Part shown: positions 1 through 12,558 of the stretch, piece after piece
Layout: each line of letters starts with the position of its first letter
How positions within the stretch are numbered: the first letter of the stretch is position 1
Assembly: GCA_000320545.1 (NCBI GenBank)
Contig: ADNK01000407.1
Location: 20,834-84,833, forward strand
Origin: Bigelowiella natans CCMP2755
Taxonomy: Eukaryota; Protista; Cercozoa
Length of the DNA: 64,000 nucleotides
Reading direction: 5' to 3'
Made by a program: the position numbers and the translations under genes
Notes under the pieces: model-generated
Told to the model about the DNA's origin: nothing
What the model saw: the letters and a program-made list of their open reading frames with translations, nothing else
The model's database searches: none

Positions 1-1620
1 GGAGGTGCCGAGGTATTTTGTAGCAGTGGGAATGCGTTCTTCGCATTTTCCGTACTCCAAGATCAACAGCGCAACTGCCCCCCCTTGCAAAAGAGTGAGG
101 TGGTACCCACCGTGTCGGCGTGCGGAGGAGGTTCTTAGGGAGGAAGAGGAGGAGGTCAAAGTGGCAGAACTTCGCACGATCGCCATCAGCCCCCTGTTGT
201 TGACATTATCACCAACATAATTATCAACAATCATCATCTCCTCATCGTAGCAGCAGCATCATTATAAATGGCCACCGACAGCCGAGATAACCCCCTACAT
301 ATAAGCAGCAGTGACAACGACAACAAACAACAAGAACAACAGCAGATACTACCTACCTCTATTAAATAATAATATTATTATTACTACTTGCTACTGCTAC
401 TCTTCCATTACTTTACGGCAGTGTCGGGAAGAGGTGCTCGCCGCACGACATCGACCTCATTCGCGCTAAATATTGACAAGTGAAAAGGGGCGACACGGGC
501 CTGTTGCTGGTGGGATCGTATGCGGAAGACGAGCGGTGTGACTATGTACTCCACGTTCGGCTGCAAGATCATCTCGATATGCGCGCTACGCACAGCGCCG
601 GACAGTATTGCGGCTTCACACGCCCACTCCCCGTCGTCCCTGTTGCCCCTGTCGCCGCTATCATCGCCTTTCCCGCCCCCCGATTTGTTAGCGTGGCGCT
701 GATGGGCATCCACGCTACTGCTACCACTACTACTGCTCGAACAGATGGATAACCCCATATCAGTGTAGAAGCGTGCGCGACGACCCCTCCCCCTCTTGGT
801 TGGCTGGAGCAGCATGATGTAGCACCATGTGGGCTTACGGACCTTCAGCCTGTACTCGAACCCCCCCCCGCCGACCAGCATCCTGCCCGCCGCCGCCGGT
901 CCCAACGCGCCTTCATCGGCAAACGTGCGCGTGCTCCACTCTCTGTGGGCTTTGCAGACGTCTACCTCACTGAACCGCATGAGGAAATCAGAGTAGGTCA
1001 TCCAGAATGTCCCGTCGTTCTTCAAGGTGGCGTTTCCCAGCAGGGAGCGCAGTTGGAGAGTCCACCTCTCAGAACTCCGCGCCCATTCCCCAGTCCACTC
1101 CTGCCGCCCCCACGGGTTGCGCACGCAAACCAGCCGAAGGGGTGCTGCTGCTGCGGTGTGTTGACTGATGATGCTGGTGTTGCCACCGCTGCTGCTGCTG
1201 TATTGCTTATACTCCTCCCTTTGTAGCCTCTCGGCAAGCTGTTGGTCGGCACTTATACCAGTGATGGCGGGCTCCGCATTGGTGGTGGAAGGGTCCTCCC
1301 CCCGCACTCCTCCTCTTCCCGCTATCGCACCGCTTCCTCCCCTCTCGCCCCCCCCCCCCATTCCAAAGCAAGCCTCGATCTTGAGCTGTCGACCAATTGG
1401 TATACCCGACACTTCTCTGACGTCCAGAATCGAGTAAGCATGGTTTCCAACAAGACCTACGTCTTTCAGCCCAAGGCTGTAATGGCCTGTGATGCTGGCA
1501 CCCATGGGAAAGCCTTCTTGGTGAAACGATAGAAGCCGAGCCCATGTCGCCTCGGAGTCGAACCGATCGCTCCCGAACTCAATGCTCTCAGTAGGGCAGC
1601 CCTGTTGCACAGTGGTAGTA

Positions 1621-1657
<37 letters not shown>

Positions 1658-1714
1658 GATGTACGATGTTGGTTGCAGGTAGGTGCGCATATTAAGAAGA
1701 AAAGATGGATGTTG

Positions 1715-1753
<39 letters not shown>

Positions 1754-1792
1754 CTGGGTACAATTTGTTTCTATTCCGCTTAGGATAATTTG

Positions 1793-1825
<33 letters not shown>

Positions 1826-2442
1826 ATACATATATCACTAGCACTTGTTCGGACATGTGTATCGGTCGGCTCTAGCATCACCGTCAAGTCTTGCAGCGCC
1901 TCGTGGACCCAGCCCCCGGAGATCGCTTGGTAAGAACCGTGGAACTTTGCGTAAGCCTTTTCAAGGATGGGCGCCCAGATTACACGACGTGGTGCTTTGG
2001 AGTACGCAAGCTGCCATTGATGATGAGCTTCCTGCTCCTCTTTAACGCTTAGAATGAAGGAGGAGGGGGTGGATGTGGAAGAGGTTTTGCGCTTGTTCTT
2101 AGCTCTTTTTTTCTCGCGTACAGGCAGGAAGTTGTCGACCATGATCTGAGGAGGGAAGAGATACCAAAGAGGGTAATGTTGGAGTGGTGTATATAGGAGG
2201 TGTTAAAATGATTTATATTTCGTCCAACAATTATCTATTAATTAGCAGGATGCTACCATTCTCCAGCCCCCATCGAGGAATAGCCGCACGGTGTAGCGAC
2301 CCTTCTCCTCCTCGCTCTCATCATTGCCAGGTTGAATGGTTCTTATCCTTGTTTTTGACCGTGAAGAGAGTGAGCAGTCATTCTTGATTCGAGGGGCACC
2401 AACACGAGAGGACGATGGCGGGAAGAATATGTTCTACGCGAA

Positions 2443-2479
<37 letters not shown>

Positions 2480-3358
2480 AGTTGTGTGGTTGGACTCGTT
2501 ACCCGCACTTCATACATGCGCATACGTGTACTACTATAAAGTACTGCTATAACTACTAACCCTAATAAGATCAGGTCGGCGCTCTGCCACAACCGCGACA
2601 GCTGAGAGAAACCAGCAGTCGCCTACAGAGCCTTGTACGATATCGGTGGAACGGAAGATTCGACTACTGCTGCTGCTGCTGCTACTGCCATGATTGCTGG
2701 CGCTCCCTCCCTTCGAAGCCAACTTGTACGATGGAGGGCCAAAACGACGCCATTTTAGGCGCAGGATGGCACTAGAGTGCCACGTTGCCCTACTGTCGGC
2801 CCATAGGAAGAAGCCGCAGCGCCTCTTTGCGTCTCTCTCCGCGCAGCTCCAAAATTCCCGGCCTTGATTCACTCCCTCCTTCCCCACGGTGCGGATACGT
2901 GCTCTCTTTTTGCATCGGCAGAGAGGCGGTGCTCTGGACGAAGACGACGGCGACAAAGATGGTTGCTTGCCACTGCCTCTTCGGCCATCCAGCGAGGAAG
3001 GGCATGGTGGGAATTGGGGGTCGGTAAATAATGTCGTTGTCGTCGTTGTCGATAAAGAAGCGCCTCTTTTCCTCTTCATCATCATTTGCATCAATGGATG
3101 GAGTGCCTTCTGCTTTTTATAACTCGCTGTTTTCTCCTCATTTTTGGAAGAAGAAATATTAGTAGTAGTGGTTGTTGTAGTGATAGGAGGAGGAGGAACG
3201 GGGGAGGGGAGGGGAAGACTAGTTGTAGTTGTAGCAGCACTAGCTGGAGTAGAAGAAGAAGCATGCGTGGTATTCTGGCTCATCATTAGCTGTGTACTCA
3301 CATCTCCATTGGATCTCTTTCTCCGCTCTGGGAAGATTGATGTCTTTGTGGTGGGTTG

Positions 3359-3392
<34 letters not shown>

Positions 3393-4027
3393 TTGCAGCT
3401 GGCACTGGTTCTACTAGTGCTGGTGCGTGAAGAGCGACAAATGAAGCATCTAGTGTTACCAGGTTTATTGAAATACGTGCATACGCTACATGTCCAGAGA
3501 TTGCAGCTGCTACTAGCAACATTAGACCACCAAAAGGACGTGACGAAAACAAAAACATCGTTAGTCTGATTTTTACAATAGAATGACGGGTTGCATTTGA
3601 TGGACATGAGTAGTGCTTCTTCTTCTTCTTCTTCTTCATCATCATCATCTTCTTCTTCTTCTTCTTCTTCTTCCCTGTATAGACCTTTTCTCGTTCTCCG
3701 ATTGGGAGTCAGAACTCCGCCGTAGTTTCTTCTCCACAGTGACCACAGCGCTCGGATTTCTTCGCTTCTGTGTCGTCCGTTGTGAAAGAGAGATCTCACT
3801 GCTGGGCTGGGGTAAGGAAGACTCCGAAGCCTGTTGTGAGGAGGACGACGACGCTTGCTCTCCACAAGAGAAATGTGCTTCGCAGTGCGCTGCTATCTCA
3901 GCCTCGGGATACATCCTGAGAAGGTGGTGGTGGTGGGGAAAAAAGGATGAAGATGGAGAGGAAGATGGAAAAGCAACTGACACGTGTGCTTCGATTCTCA
4001 CCCAGAGCAGACCGGGCATGCCCTCAT
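1..4027 (-). CDS. Calpain-family cysteine protease (SOL/calpain-15-like) with UBZ-like, RanBP2/NZF and GRF zinc fingers; spliced, 3' end probably runs off the window
   Basis: Catalytic motifs QGSVGDCWFLSAVAVV (~2600), WAPILEKAYAKFHGSYQAISGG (~1950), GNHAYSILDV (~1440), RNPWG and DGTFWMTYSDF. NZF WTCSVCTYFNKPGNTRCFIC (~3436-3498). GRF PLCRC...GVNQGREFWSC...CGFFLWAD (~2795-2925). Removing GT-AG intron 3916-4001 gives MRACPVCSGMYPEAEIAAHCEAHF from ATG 4027. Confidence 0.9.
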
Positions 4028-4282
4028 GTGCCAGAGAGGGGAGGAGGGCGTCCTGTCGCCACTGGCAACAGGTGCTCCGATAATTTGGGAAATCCATTCT
4101 TGTCGTACGAAGAAAACGGCTTCTATTTCATCAAAGAAAATCCGGTTTACGCGGGAAAATGATTAAGTCGCACACGAAAAACGCCCTATCTCTGCCCACA
4201 TTTTTTTTGAACTTTCCAACTGACAGAAACAGAACCGAGAGCCGACTACGCCCCCGCCCCTATCTTCTACGACGACTGTGCA

Positions 4283-5917
4283 ATGGATCTCCGGCAGGAT
4301 GGGGTACGTCAACCATTCAAATATTTATGGGCTATTGTGAATAGCTTCCACGCTTCGTAAACGTTTATCTAACCAAACATACATTTTAAGGCTCCTGGTA
4401 TCTATCTACTATCTCGTCGCCGTTGTGGGTAGGCCTCCAAAAGATTTCAGGACGCAGTGCACCATCTGCGGTAGGGATTTCAGTTGTCCAGGAAATTTAA
4501 GGGTGATATGATCTCCTTCATTTCTTTGATTTTATTTGAACTGCGATATTGGTATTCTTATTTATAAGTACATACGCATTTTTTAATTTTATCGTTCGAC
4601 AAATCAAAATCGAATTACATAAAGCGCGTTTTCTATTCCCTCCCTCCCTCCCCCTCCTTCCGACCATTTCCTTCCCTTTCTTCTTCTTTTTATATGCAAA
4701 AATATGTATCCCTTGACTGATACAGCGACACCGGAAGAATCATATCCCAATCTTTGATTTCACTTGTATCACCTGTGGACGGTCATTTCGGGAGAAGAGA
4801 AATCTTGGGGTAGTACTACTGATGGAGGCGAAGGAGGAGGACGATGAAAAACATCGCTGAAACCATACCTTGATTCACAGATTTTACCAAAAAATACTAC
4901 TGTTGCCACTGCTGTCGTTCTCCTGCTCCTGCTCTACCTTATTATATCTTGTCGCTGTGCAGAGACACAGACTGATACACACGGGTCAGAAGCCGTACCC
5001 CTGCCCGACGTGCAACGCCACCTTCCGGCAACATGTGCATGTTCATCAGCACATTATGGCTCAACACAGCCCGGTTCATTTATTTACCTACGATAAATAC
5101 ATTATGCCGACGTCAGATGGGAGGAGGAGAAAATAATATAATTATGTTTGTTTATGTGTTTATTTTGACACACGTGCGTGTGTGTGTGTTTGTGCGTTGT
5201 ATGCGTAATGAGTGACGTGCCATGTAAATGTCGATGTCATGAATACATAATTCTAAGATTCAAAACAGTACACGCGACACACTCAAATATTTCTCTTCTC
5301 TAACTCTCTCTCTCTAATATATACATATTTAAATATATCTGTCTCTCTCTTTTTACTGATGACTCGCATCGTCACCAGCATCTAAAAGCGAAATGTAAGC
5401 TGTGTGCGATGAAGTTCAGCTCCTCAAAAGAAATACCTGGCCACATGTACTTAAGGCATCCACAGAACCGCACTCTGCCGAAGGTGATCTATAGTAGCCA
5501 TTACAGGAAGGACCCCCCCCCCCTTATAGCAGCTAAATGGCAATGATGATCCAGAGCTTCCAGCATGCTTGCTAGACAGTGAAATGACGAGGAAGAAGGG
5601 AACGTGGATTGGAAATCTATTCTACATGAGTACTGGAAATAAAAGCTATAATTCTGCTTTTAGTGTCCCTCCTGCCAGAAAACCTTCCTCTTCCCTTCAG
5701 GATTGAAGGTGGACCTCTGTACTATTGAACCGTGCATGAATGAACATACACGAGTTTATGGATTCCTGTGTGAGCCAGGAAGGGGATTTTCTGATCGGTG
5801 CAATATTTACTCATTTTCGAACAGCGTCATCGGAGTGGATCTTGCTGTGGGAAAGCTAGGAACGTCACGAGAGCTATCGTCACAGCGACAGGAACTATCT
5901 CTCCTTGCAAGTCTTGA
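4283..5917 (+). CDS. Multi C2H2 zinc-finger protein (about 5 fingers), spliced
   Basis: Exons give CTICGRDFSCPGNLR|RHRKNH, CITCGRSFREKRNLG|RHRLIHTGQKPYPCPTCNATFRQHVHVHQHIMAQH, CKLCAMKFSSSKEIPGHMYLRH and CPSCQKTFLFPSGLK|RHRSGSC, with a TGQKPY linker. Start and last-exon phase are approximate. Confidence 0.85.
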
Positions 5918-6319
5918 TATCAAGGACGACTAATAATGCCAGACAATGTAGGATCCATTCTAAAGAGAGTCAGATATAAACTCTATTTTTTTTACATCAT
6001 AAAATTAGATGAAGTCTATCATAGGGAGCGCGCGGCACGCGCACAGACAGGGAGAGGAAAACTACGTGGATAATAAAGATAGGCGCTTCGCATAGCATAT
6101 TTCATAATACGAATGTGAATTGTATGTAATCTCCCAGCGGTGGTAAACGAAACAACACGCACGTGTACAGTGTCTAGAGATGGATCAATACCTGATCAAT
6201 GTTGTGGATGAATAGAAAAATTATGTTTACGAATTCGAAGCAATGCGATTGATTTCTAGAGGTTTGAAGCTGGCTTAATCAGGATTTAGAACACTACTAA
6301 TGTGGACTCAGCTCTGAAC

Positions 6320-7450
6320 TTCCATGCTAGCATGCATGCATCAAAACGGTTTCCGCACGACCGTGCCACAGCGTGATGAGCATCTATGCTAATTTTCTCT
6401 CCCGCGTGCAATGTCCGATCCTGATGATCATGCACGCAGCTCCGTCAAACCCGGTAACGACGGGGTTGTGAACAGTGCAGCGCTTTGCGACGCGCTTTGA
6501 AGCAGCAGGCAGTTGCAGTTGGTCAAAGAAAGGTCATCAGAACTTGTCCGATGGCCAAACCTCAAAAAATGACCGAAATGTCAACCCAAATGTCCATTTT
6601 CAAGGCCTCAGTGAGCGCGCAAAGTGTGAAAATTCACACCCGTTGTGTGGAGGATGCACGCTGCGCGTTTGTTCTCTGCCACATTTTGAATGCTTTCTAG
6701 CTTTTGCGCGTGTGTTTGACCAAATGTGACATGCACGAAAATTTTCAAAGAAATGCGAGCAAATCCAATGTCCATCACATCACACAACGCGCTTGGTCGC
6801 GCACAAAAAGCTTCCAAATGCATGTTCTGGCGATTCGTCAAAGGTTTGACGGAGCTGTGGCACATGATGCAAATGAACATCGAGAACTACCGACGCGTGG
6901 CGGCGCGCAACGTAGATGGACAGTGGCTGCACCATGAACTCGTCGTTTCGATTCCAACGAAGTGCAGTGGCATCATGACTTCCACATCCCCTCCCTCATG
7001 CGACCTTCGCGATTCGAAGGGGTCGTCTCTTGTGTCATTCCAGCTCATCACTCCATCATTCCTGTCATGGAAACCATGATCACTGGCCTGAACAAATGAT
7101 CATTCATGCATGCGCATTTCCAAGATTTGCTTGCGCAGCTCACTTGGACATCGATTACAATTCGCACTGCGATGTGATGCTGCACTCGTTTCGCGGCGCT
7201 ACCGGCCTGCATGTGCTAGTGTGCGCGAAGTGTGCTGCGTGGCGACCACAAGCATCAAACAGCCAAAAAGCTGTGCTACGCTAAATGATCGAGTCACGTG
7301 CATGCTAGCATGGTGTCCATCGCTCTAGTCAATGTCACGCAAGCAGCAATCTAAGCAATGCTAGCAACACATCAAGTGCACAAACCCGATCAGCCGATCC
7401 GCATTGTGCGATCTGCCATGTACTAGTATAGTGCAATAGCATGCAAAATA
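6320..7450. other. TpA-depleted, palindrome-rich intergenic tract between convergent genes
   Basis: Only 3 TA dinucleotides in 6481-7140 by manual count, all in CTA/TAG context; rich in CATG/TGCA/GCGC. Confidence 0.8.
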
Positions 7451-7605
7451 TCTTGTATTAATGGCAGCGCAACGATATTTAGCGTCCTCGTTCTGTTTTC
7501 GGCTTCACACAACACGAATTATCATCAAAAACTAAATGTTCAGATGCATTCACAAGAACAAAAACTTATTGTACTGCAAGCTTGGTCATTGCAATGCCTG
7601 ACGCC

Positions 7606-8408
7606 CTACAGCTCTTTGCCCTGATTACTTTTCTTAGATGGTGCGCGAGAAGTTCTGGTTTTCGACTTTTTTTCCGTTTTACTTTTTTTCTGCGGTTGCT
7701 GCTTTGATCGTCTTTCGCTGCTGCTGCTACTGCTACTACCTTTAGATGTATTTCTTTTTCTTTTTTTATCTTTGCGCTTTTCTCCTCTATGCCCATCCTT
7801 CCAAACGTCTCTCAGTAGACTCTGTGATTTGCCGAACATCAAGTCGCGCGGGAATTTCGTGGCGTTCTCTTTAAGAATCTTGTTAGCCACGAAAGATATA
7901 ATTGTTTGCGTAGGCCGATTGCTACTCCCAACCTCCGCCGCAGCCTTCATGCACAAAGCAAAGAATGTAGTCCCGTACTAATGGAAATATTGAATGATGA
8001 TGATGATGGTGATGATCATCTGGATAACAATAACAATATTCGTTGAGTTTGATAAATGTTTGATGAACGCGAAGTTATGCCAAAATGATGGTTCTGCTAG
8101 TAATAAAAAAATAGCAACGTTTTCATTTCTACGGATGATCAATGCACTGTCGCTGCCACCACCTCTTCATGACCCAGGTAAAGAACTTGGGATATTGACG
8201 TCTCGTCGAGGTTGTATTCTTTCTCGAGCATCTTGAACACATGTGTTCATGATGACTCATCAGCATAGTCAATGAGGAATTTTCTCACACCAATCAAGTC
8301 GAAATAAACGGCTGTTAAGCATCATACATCGAAGCCATTAGCTAATTTTATAAATCACAAAAACACTCCTTCCCCACTATGCCCTTTCCCCCCTCTTTCC
8401 TATACGTG

Positions 8409-8447
<39 letters not shown>

Positions 8448-9297
8448 GCATGTATTAAATTTCAGAAAAAGTCGGGGCGATATTGAAGAATGGAGTGCTT
8501 CCAAACCGAACCAAAAATACACATTAAAACAGATACACATTGAAATAGGGAGTTGCGAAACCTTTGAAAAGATCCCAATAATCGCAATGGATGCACGCAG
8601 CTTCCTTTTCCCATCCAGATGTGCAGGCAAGTCATCACGCGCTTGCGGCAGGAGCTTGCTTTCGCTACCGCCGTCCTCGAATAGTGTTTCGAAGAAAGAA
8701 TATGCCATTTCTAAAAAGTTGCCGATCCTCTTGCTAGTGTCATCGACATCAACCCCTCCGCTAATGAATGAAGAGAAAAGTGAATGCCGAAGCTCTCCTC
8801 ATGATTTTGGATGGTTGTACCTAGAAGATGTATCGCCTGATGCATCATGATCATCATACTCTCCGTCCTCCGAATCCATGGTCGATGCAGCATGGATGGA
8901 AGCTTTTAAATACTATCCAAGGTAGACGGATCGGGTCAAACCCAGAGTCGATAAAGTATTAGTAATGTCAGCCATTTGTTCGGTGTGTTCGTACGTGTGT
9001 TCGTACGTGTGTTTGTTGTAGTGTGACGACCTGGGAAGCCGAGAACTGAGAAGGGTTTATGCCGGTGCTCCTGATGTCCGACTCCACCTCCTGAGGTAGG
9101 TTCCGCTCAGAGAACTCTGATACCTCGGAGAAACCAAAGTGTAGGCCAGGCATTCCCGTGAATAGGAATGCGAGCATTGCTAGCCGCACGAGAAGATCCC
9201 ATGGGATAACTCTTGCCTGATGGATGGGTGGGGTTAGTGTCCAGGAGAACTCGCCATGTGGGACAAAAATTACCAGGGCCTTCCAGTACATTGACAT
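7606..9297 (-). CDS. Hypothetical spliced protein with hydrophobic N-terminus and Lys/Ser-rich C-terminal tail
   Basis: GT-AG-bounded open segments: MSMYWKAL|ARVIPWDLLVRLAMLAFLFTG..., ...FLEMAYSFFETLFEDGG...SIAIIGIFSK, ...TTFFALCMKAAAEVG...KKSNQGKEL*. No family recognised. Confidence 0.5.
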
Positions 9298-9697
9298 GTT
9301 TTCCGAGTGGCTGCGCGTCAGTCAGCGGGTGGTCTTAATCTCGGAGGGTTACTTCGCCGCCATGGGTTGGATGGGGGATGGAGGATGACGAACAGGTTCA
9401 GTCGCCACTCATCAATGTGTACGTTGTATTCCATACTGCGACAACTGATATTTTCATGTCGCAAGTCCAAATCAGATTCCTTTTCAAACCATATCGCCGC
9501 TTTTGCTCGTGTTGATAGATGATCAGTTTTTGGTCCGAATTCTATCGTGGAAACATCCTGGAAGGAGCGTGCTTCTGTCATGCGATTTTCTAGTCTATTT
9601 TTCCAGCCGGAACTATCGTAAAATAACTCTCAATGAGTCCAGACGAAACTGCATTAAGCCCGAAAGCGGATCGGACTGGGAGGTCAGCGTGTGGCGA

Positions 9698-11306
9698 ATG
9701 GCAGTTCTGTATCTCGTGGTGGCGGTCTCTGTGGCCGTCATCGCTGCAGTGTGCCGTTTGCTATGGCTGTTGAGTAAGGTAGGAGCGAAGTCCGAGAAAC
9801 GACGTTCGGGGGAGAAGCTCAATACCCTTGTAGTGCTCGGAAGTGGTACTCCGCGTTTTGGTATGTTTGAACAAATGAGCGTGATGCAAGCGATAACGTC
9901 TTTCCAGGAGGCCACACGTCTGAGATGATGACTCTTTTGTCTCACATGGACTCCAAGAACTACTCGCCGATCACTTATATGGTAGGAAGACCAGCGCAAT
10001 AACACCCTTCGCAGATGCTGAGTCAGCAAGATGTAGGAAAACAAGAAGGATGAATACAATGGAGTTCGTACGCAGGAGAACAAACAAAGTGGCCTGTGTA
10101 CCCAGAACAAAATTAGACTTTACGTAGAGACTGCTTGGATAGAAAATCTGAGGCCTCCTCCATGAATTCGCAGCAGCACTCATTCCATCTGCGGGCAACG
10201 TGGAACTAATATCACTATGCCCTGTAATTTCAGGTCGCAGATACCGACCGACACAGTGTTACGAAGGTCAAGTTACTTCGGGTAGTATCACACTGATATC
10301 AACTTCATGGCATTTTGCGGAATTTGCTTCGTGTTCTCAAGCAAACCGTTCTCAACAACAAATCTTCAGGATGATGCAAAGACGTCACGATTTGTGACTA
10401 TACCACGAAGTCGTGAGGTTCACATGGTAATATCCGCACCAAATAATACTGTGTCAGCAGTTGCTTTGAAGATATGTCCTTAATCTCCTCCTCCTCCTTG
10501 CGGTTCTTCTCGTTCTCCTTTATCTTCTTCTTTCTTGCAAATGCTCATCATATCTTCTTTGTTTTTGTTGTTGGCATCTGCTAAAAACTAGTCGTGGGGC
10601 CTGACGGTACTGATGACCATCAAAGCGCTGGTGGCTTGTATAGCGAAGATTCCCACCCTCGCTCCAGATTTGGTAAGCTCTAACTACCTCTTGAGGTGTT
10701 TCCCTTTTCCAGATATATAATGACATAAGATACCACCTACCCCTCGTTCTCAAACTCCTTAATTCCTACTTAGATTCTTGTCAATGGCCCTGGGACATGC
10801 ATTCCAGTTGTCTTGGCCGCCTGGTTCTGGAAGGTGATATTGATACTGATGCAATGCAAAAATATCATAGAGCTTCCCTTTATCCCTCGGTGAATGATTG
10901 GTTCATTTCCTGCCCTCAGTTCTTCGGATTGGTGCAGTGCAGGATCGTGTTCGTAGAGAGTTTCTGCAGAGTCAAGAGCTTATCCATGTGAGCATAGATT
11001 GACACTCCGAAACAAAAAATTAAAAATAATAATTCCAACGACCAACGTGTGTCTTACAATTCGCCGAAAAATCTTTTCGAATTCCACGATATTGAAACTT
11101 GAATAATTGATGCTCCTCGGAAAATACATGTGAAAAACTACCAGGTCCGGGAAGATAGCGTATTTTCTGAGCGACACCTTCATAGTGCAGTGGCCTATGC
11201 TTCTAGAAAGGTCTTAATTCCCCCAGCGTGATTACACTCATTTATTAAAACTAGTGTTCTTTGGATCAGATATCCCAAGGCGAAATATGTAGGAAAGCTT
11301 TGTTAA
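9698..11306 (+). CDS. ALG14: UDP-GlcNAc transferase subunit ALG14
   Basis: N-terminal TM helix, TLVVLGSG|GHTSEM, TIPRSREV, PDL|ILVNGPGTCIPV, IVFVESFCRVKSLSM|SGKIAYFLSDTFIVQWP, YPKAKYVGKLC*. Confidence 0.95.
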
Positions 11307-11559
11307 CTGCCACACTATCGTGCCGGATTCATCAAGACATTGAATAAGTATTTTTTAAATTGATTGCGGACTTTATTGCCGGGACAGTAGTTTTATTACG
11401 TATATAGTGCTCAGTATAGATTCGAAAGAAACTTCATGAGCAACAATGAAAAGCAAAATGTTACAAAAATACAGCCATTATTAAATTCAGGATTACTGTC
11501 TAGCTTTTATCTACGCGGAGTAGATGCTGTCATTCATTCACGTATCTAGTGACATCCAC

Positions 11560-12300
11560 ATACTACACAATACTACTAGTACACGTGGGATTGTTTCTTG
11601 CATGCAGTACGTATAGTGCAGCTGTAGCTGTTGCAAATCTAAGAGAACAATGTCAGCATGTACAGTAAAGTAAGTAGCAATTGCAAACAGGAGAAGCGCG
11701 CTTATCTTCTAGTCGATCTTGCACTTTTGTTTATATAGCTCACATCAAGCATTAGTTAGCCATTCTAGCATTTAGTACGATCTAGCCGCGGACCCCTGCA
11801 GATCGACCGTAGTGCTACCTAGGCTACATATATTCATGCTAGCGATACGTACGATATAAAGCAGAGTTGCATCTCAGCCAATAACGTAGTGCTTTTGGGT
11901 TACGCCTTTAATCGTTTTTTGCTGATCGGGAATTCCCAGATGTGCCTTTTGCTGTACTAGCTTATTTCTGTTGCACTACTATGAACTGCGAGAGAACAGA
12001 AGGTCGATCGTGGTGTATTTATATCGTGCTGTCAGCGTCCAATCCCGTCATGGTAGGCATATATGATAGTCTTTTAATCAGGTCTATGAACTTACAAAAA
12101 AGGGGGTCACCGAGACGAATGTAGCAGAGCAACCCATGAGCAGTCTACTAGCTACCATTCAAAATTAAGAATTGAGTTTCCGCTACGTGAGAGCAACTAG
12201 ACTATAGATGTCCTCTTTAAGTGTCCATGGTTGATCAGTTTCCATTACGACGCATGGCTTCACGCATGATGCAAATCATGCCACCTCCTCCTCTAGCATC
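11560..12300. other. Palindromic-tetramer-rich intergenic tract between convergent genes (weaker TpA depletion)
   Basis: Dense CTAG, CATG, GTAC, AGCT, TGCA and GATC; no coding signal. Confidence 0.55.
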
Positions 12301-12558
12301 TTAATGATACCTTACTCCTTACCAGCAAGCTAACTACAACAACAATCCTACGTGGGAGCGCCAACGTGATCTATGCGCAGGACTAGCAAACCCCTTGCCT
12401 GAACCAGGTGCAATTTCAGTTTCTTACGCATCATCATAGGCTGCATGACTTTTATATGCTTTTTATTTCTCCTCTGCATTTGATTCGGTGCTAATATAGA
12501 CAATGTGACCCTGCCTGAAGCATACTGCACAGGAAGTTTATGACCTCGGCTGCATACG

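Noticed and set aside
6475-7328. Cluster of overlapping ORFs in several frames on both strands
   Set aside because: TpA loss removes TAA/TAG stops and produces spurious ORFs. No domain was recognised. At most this is a mutated relic.
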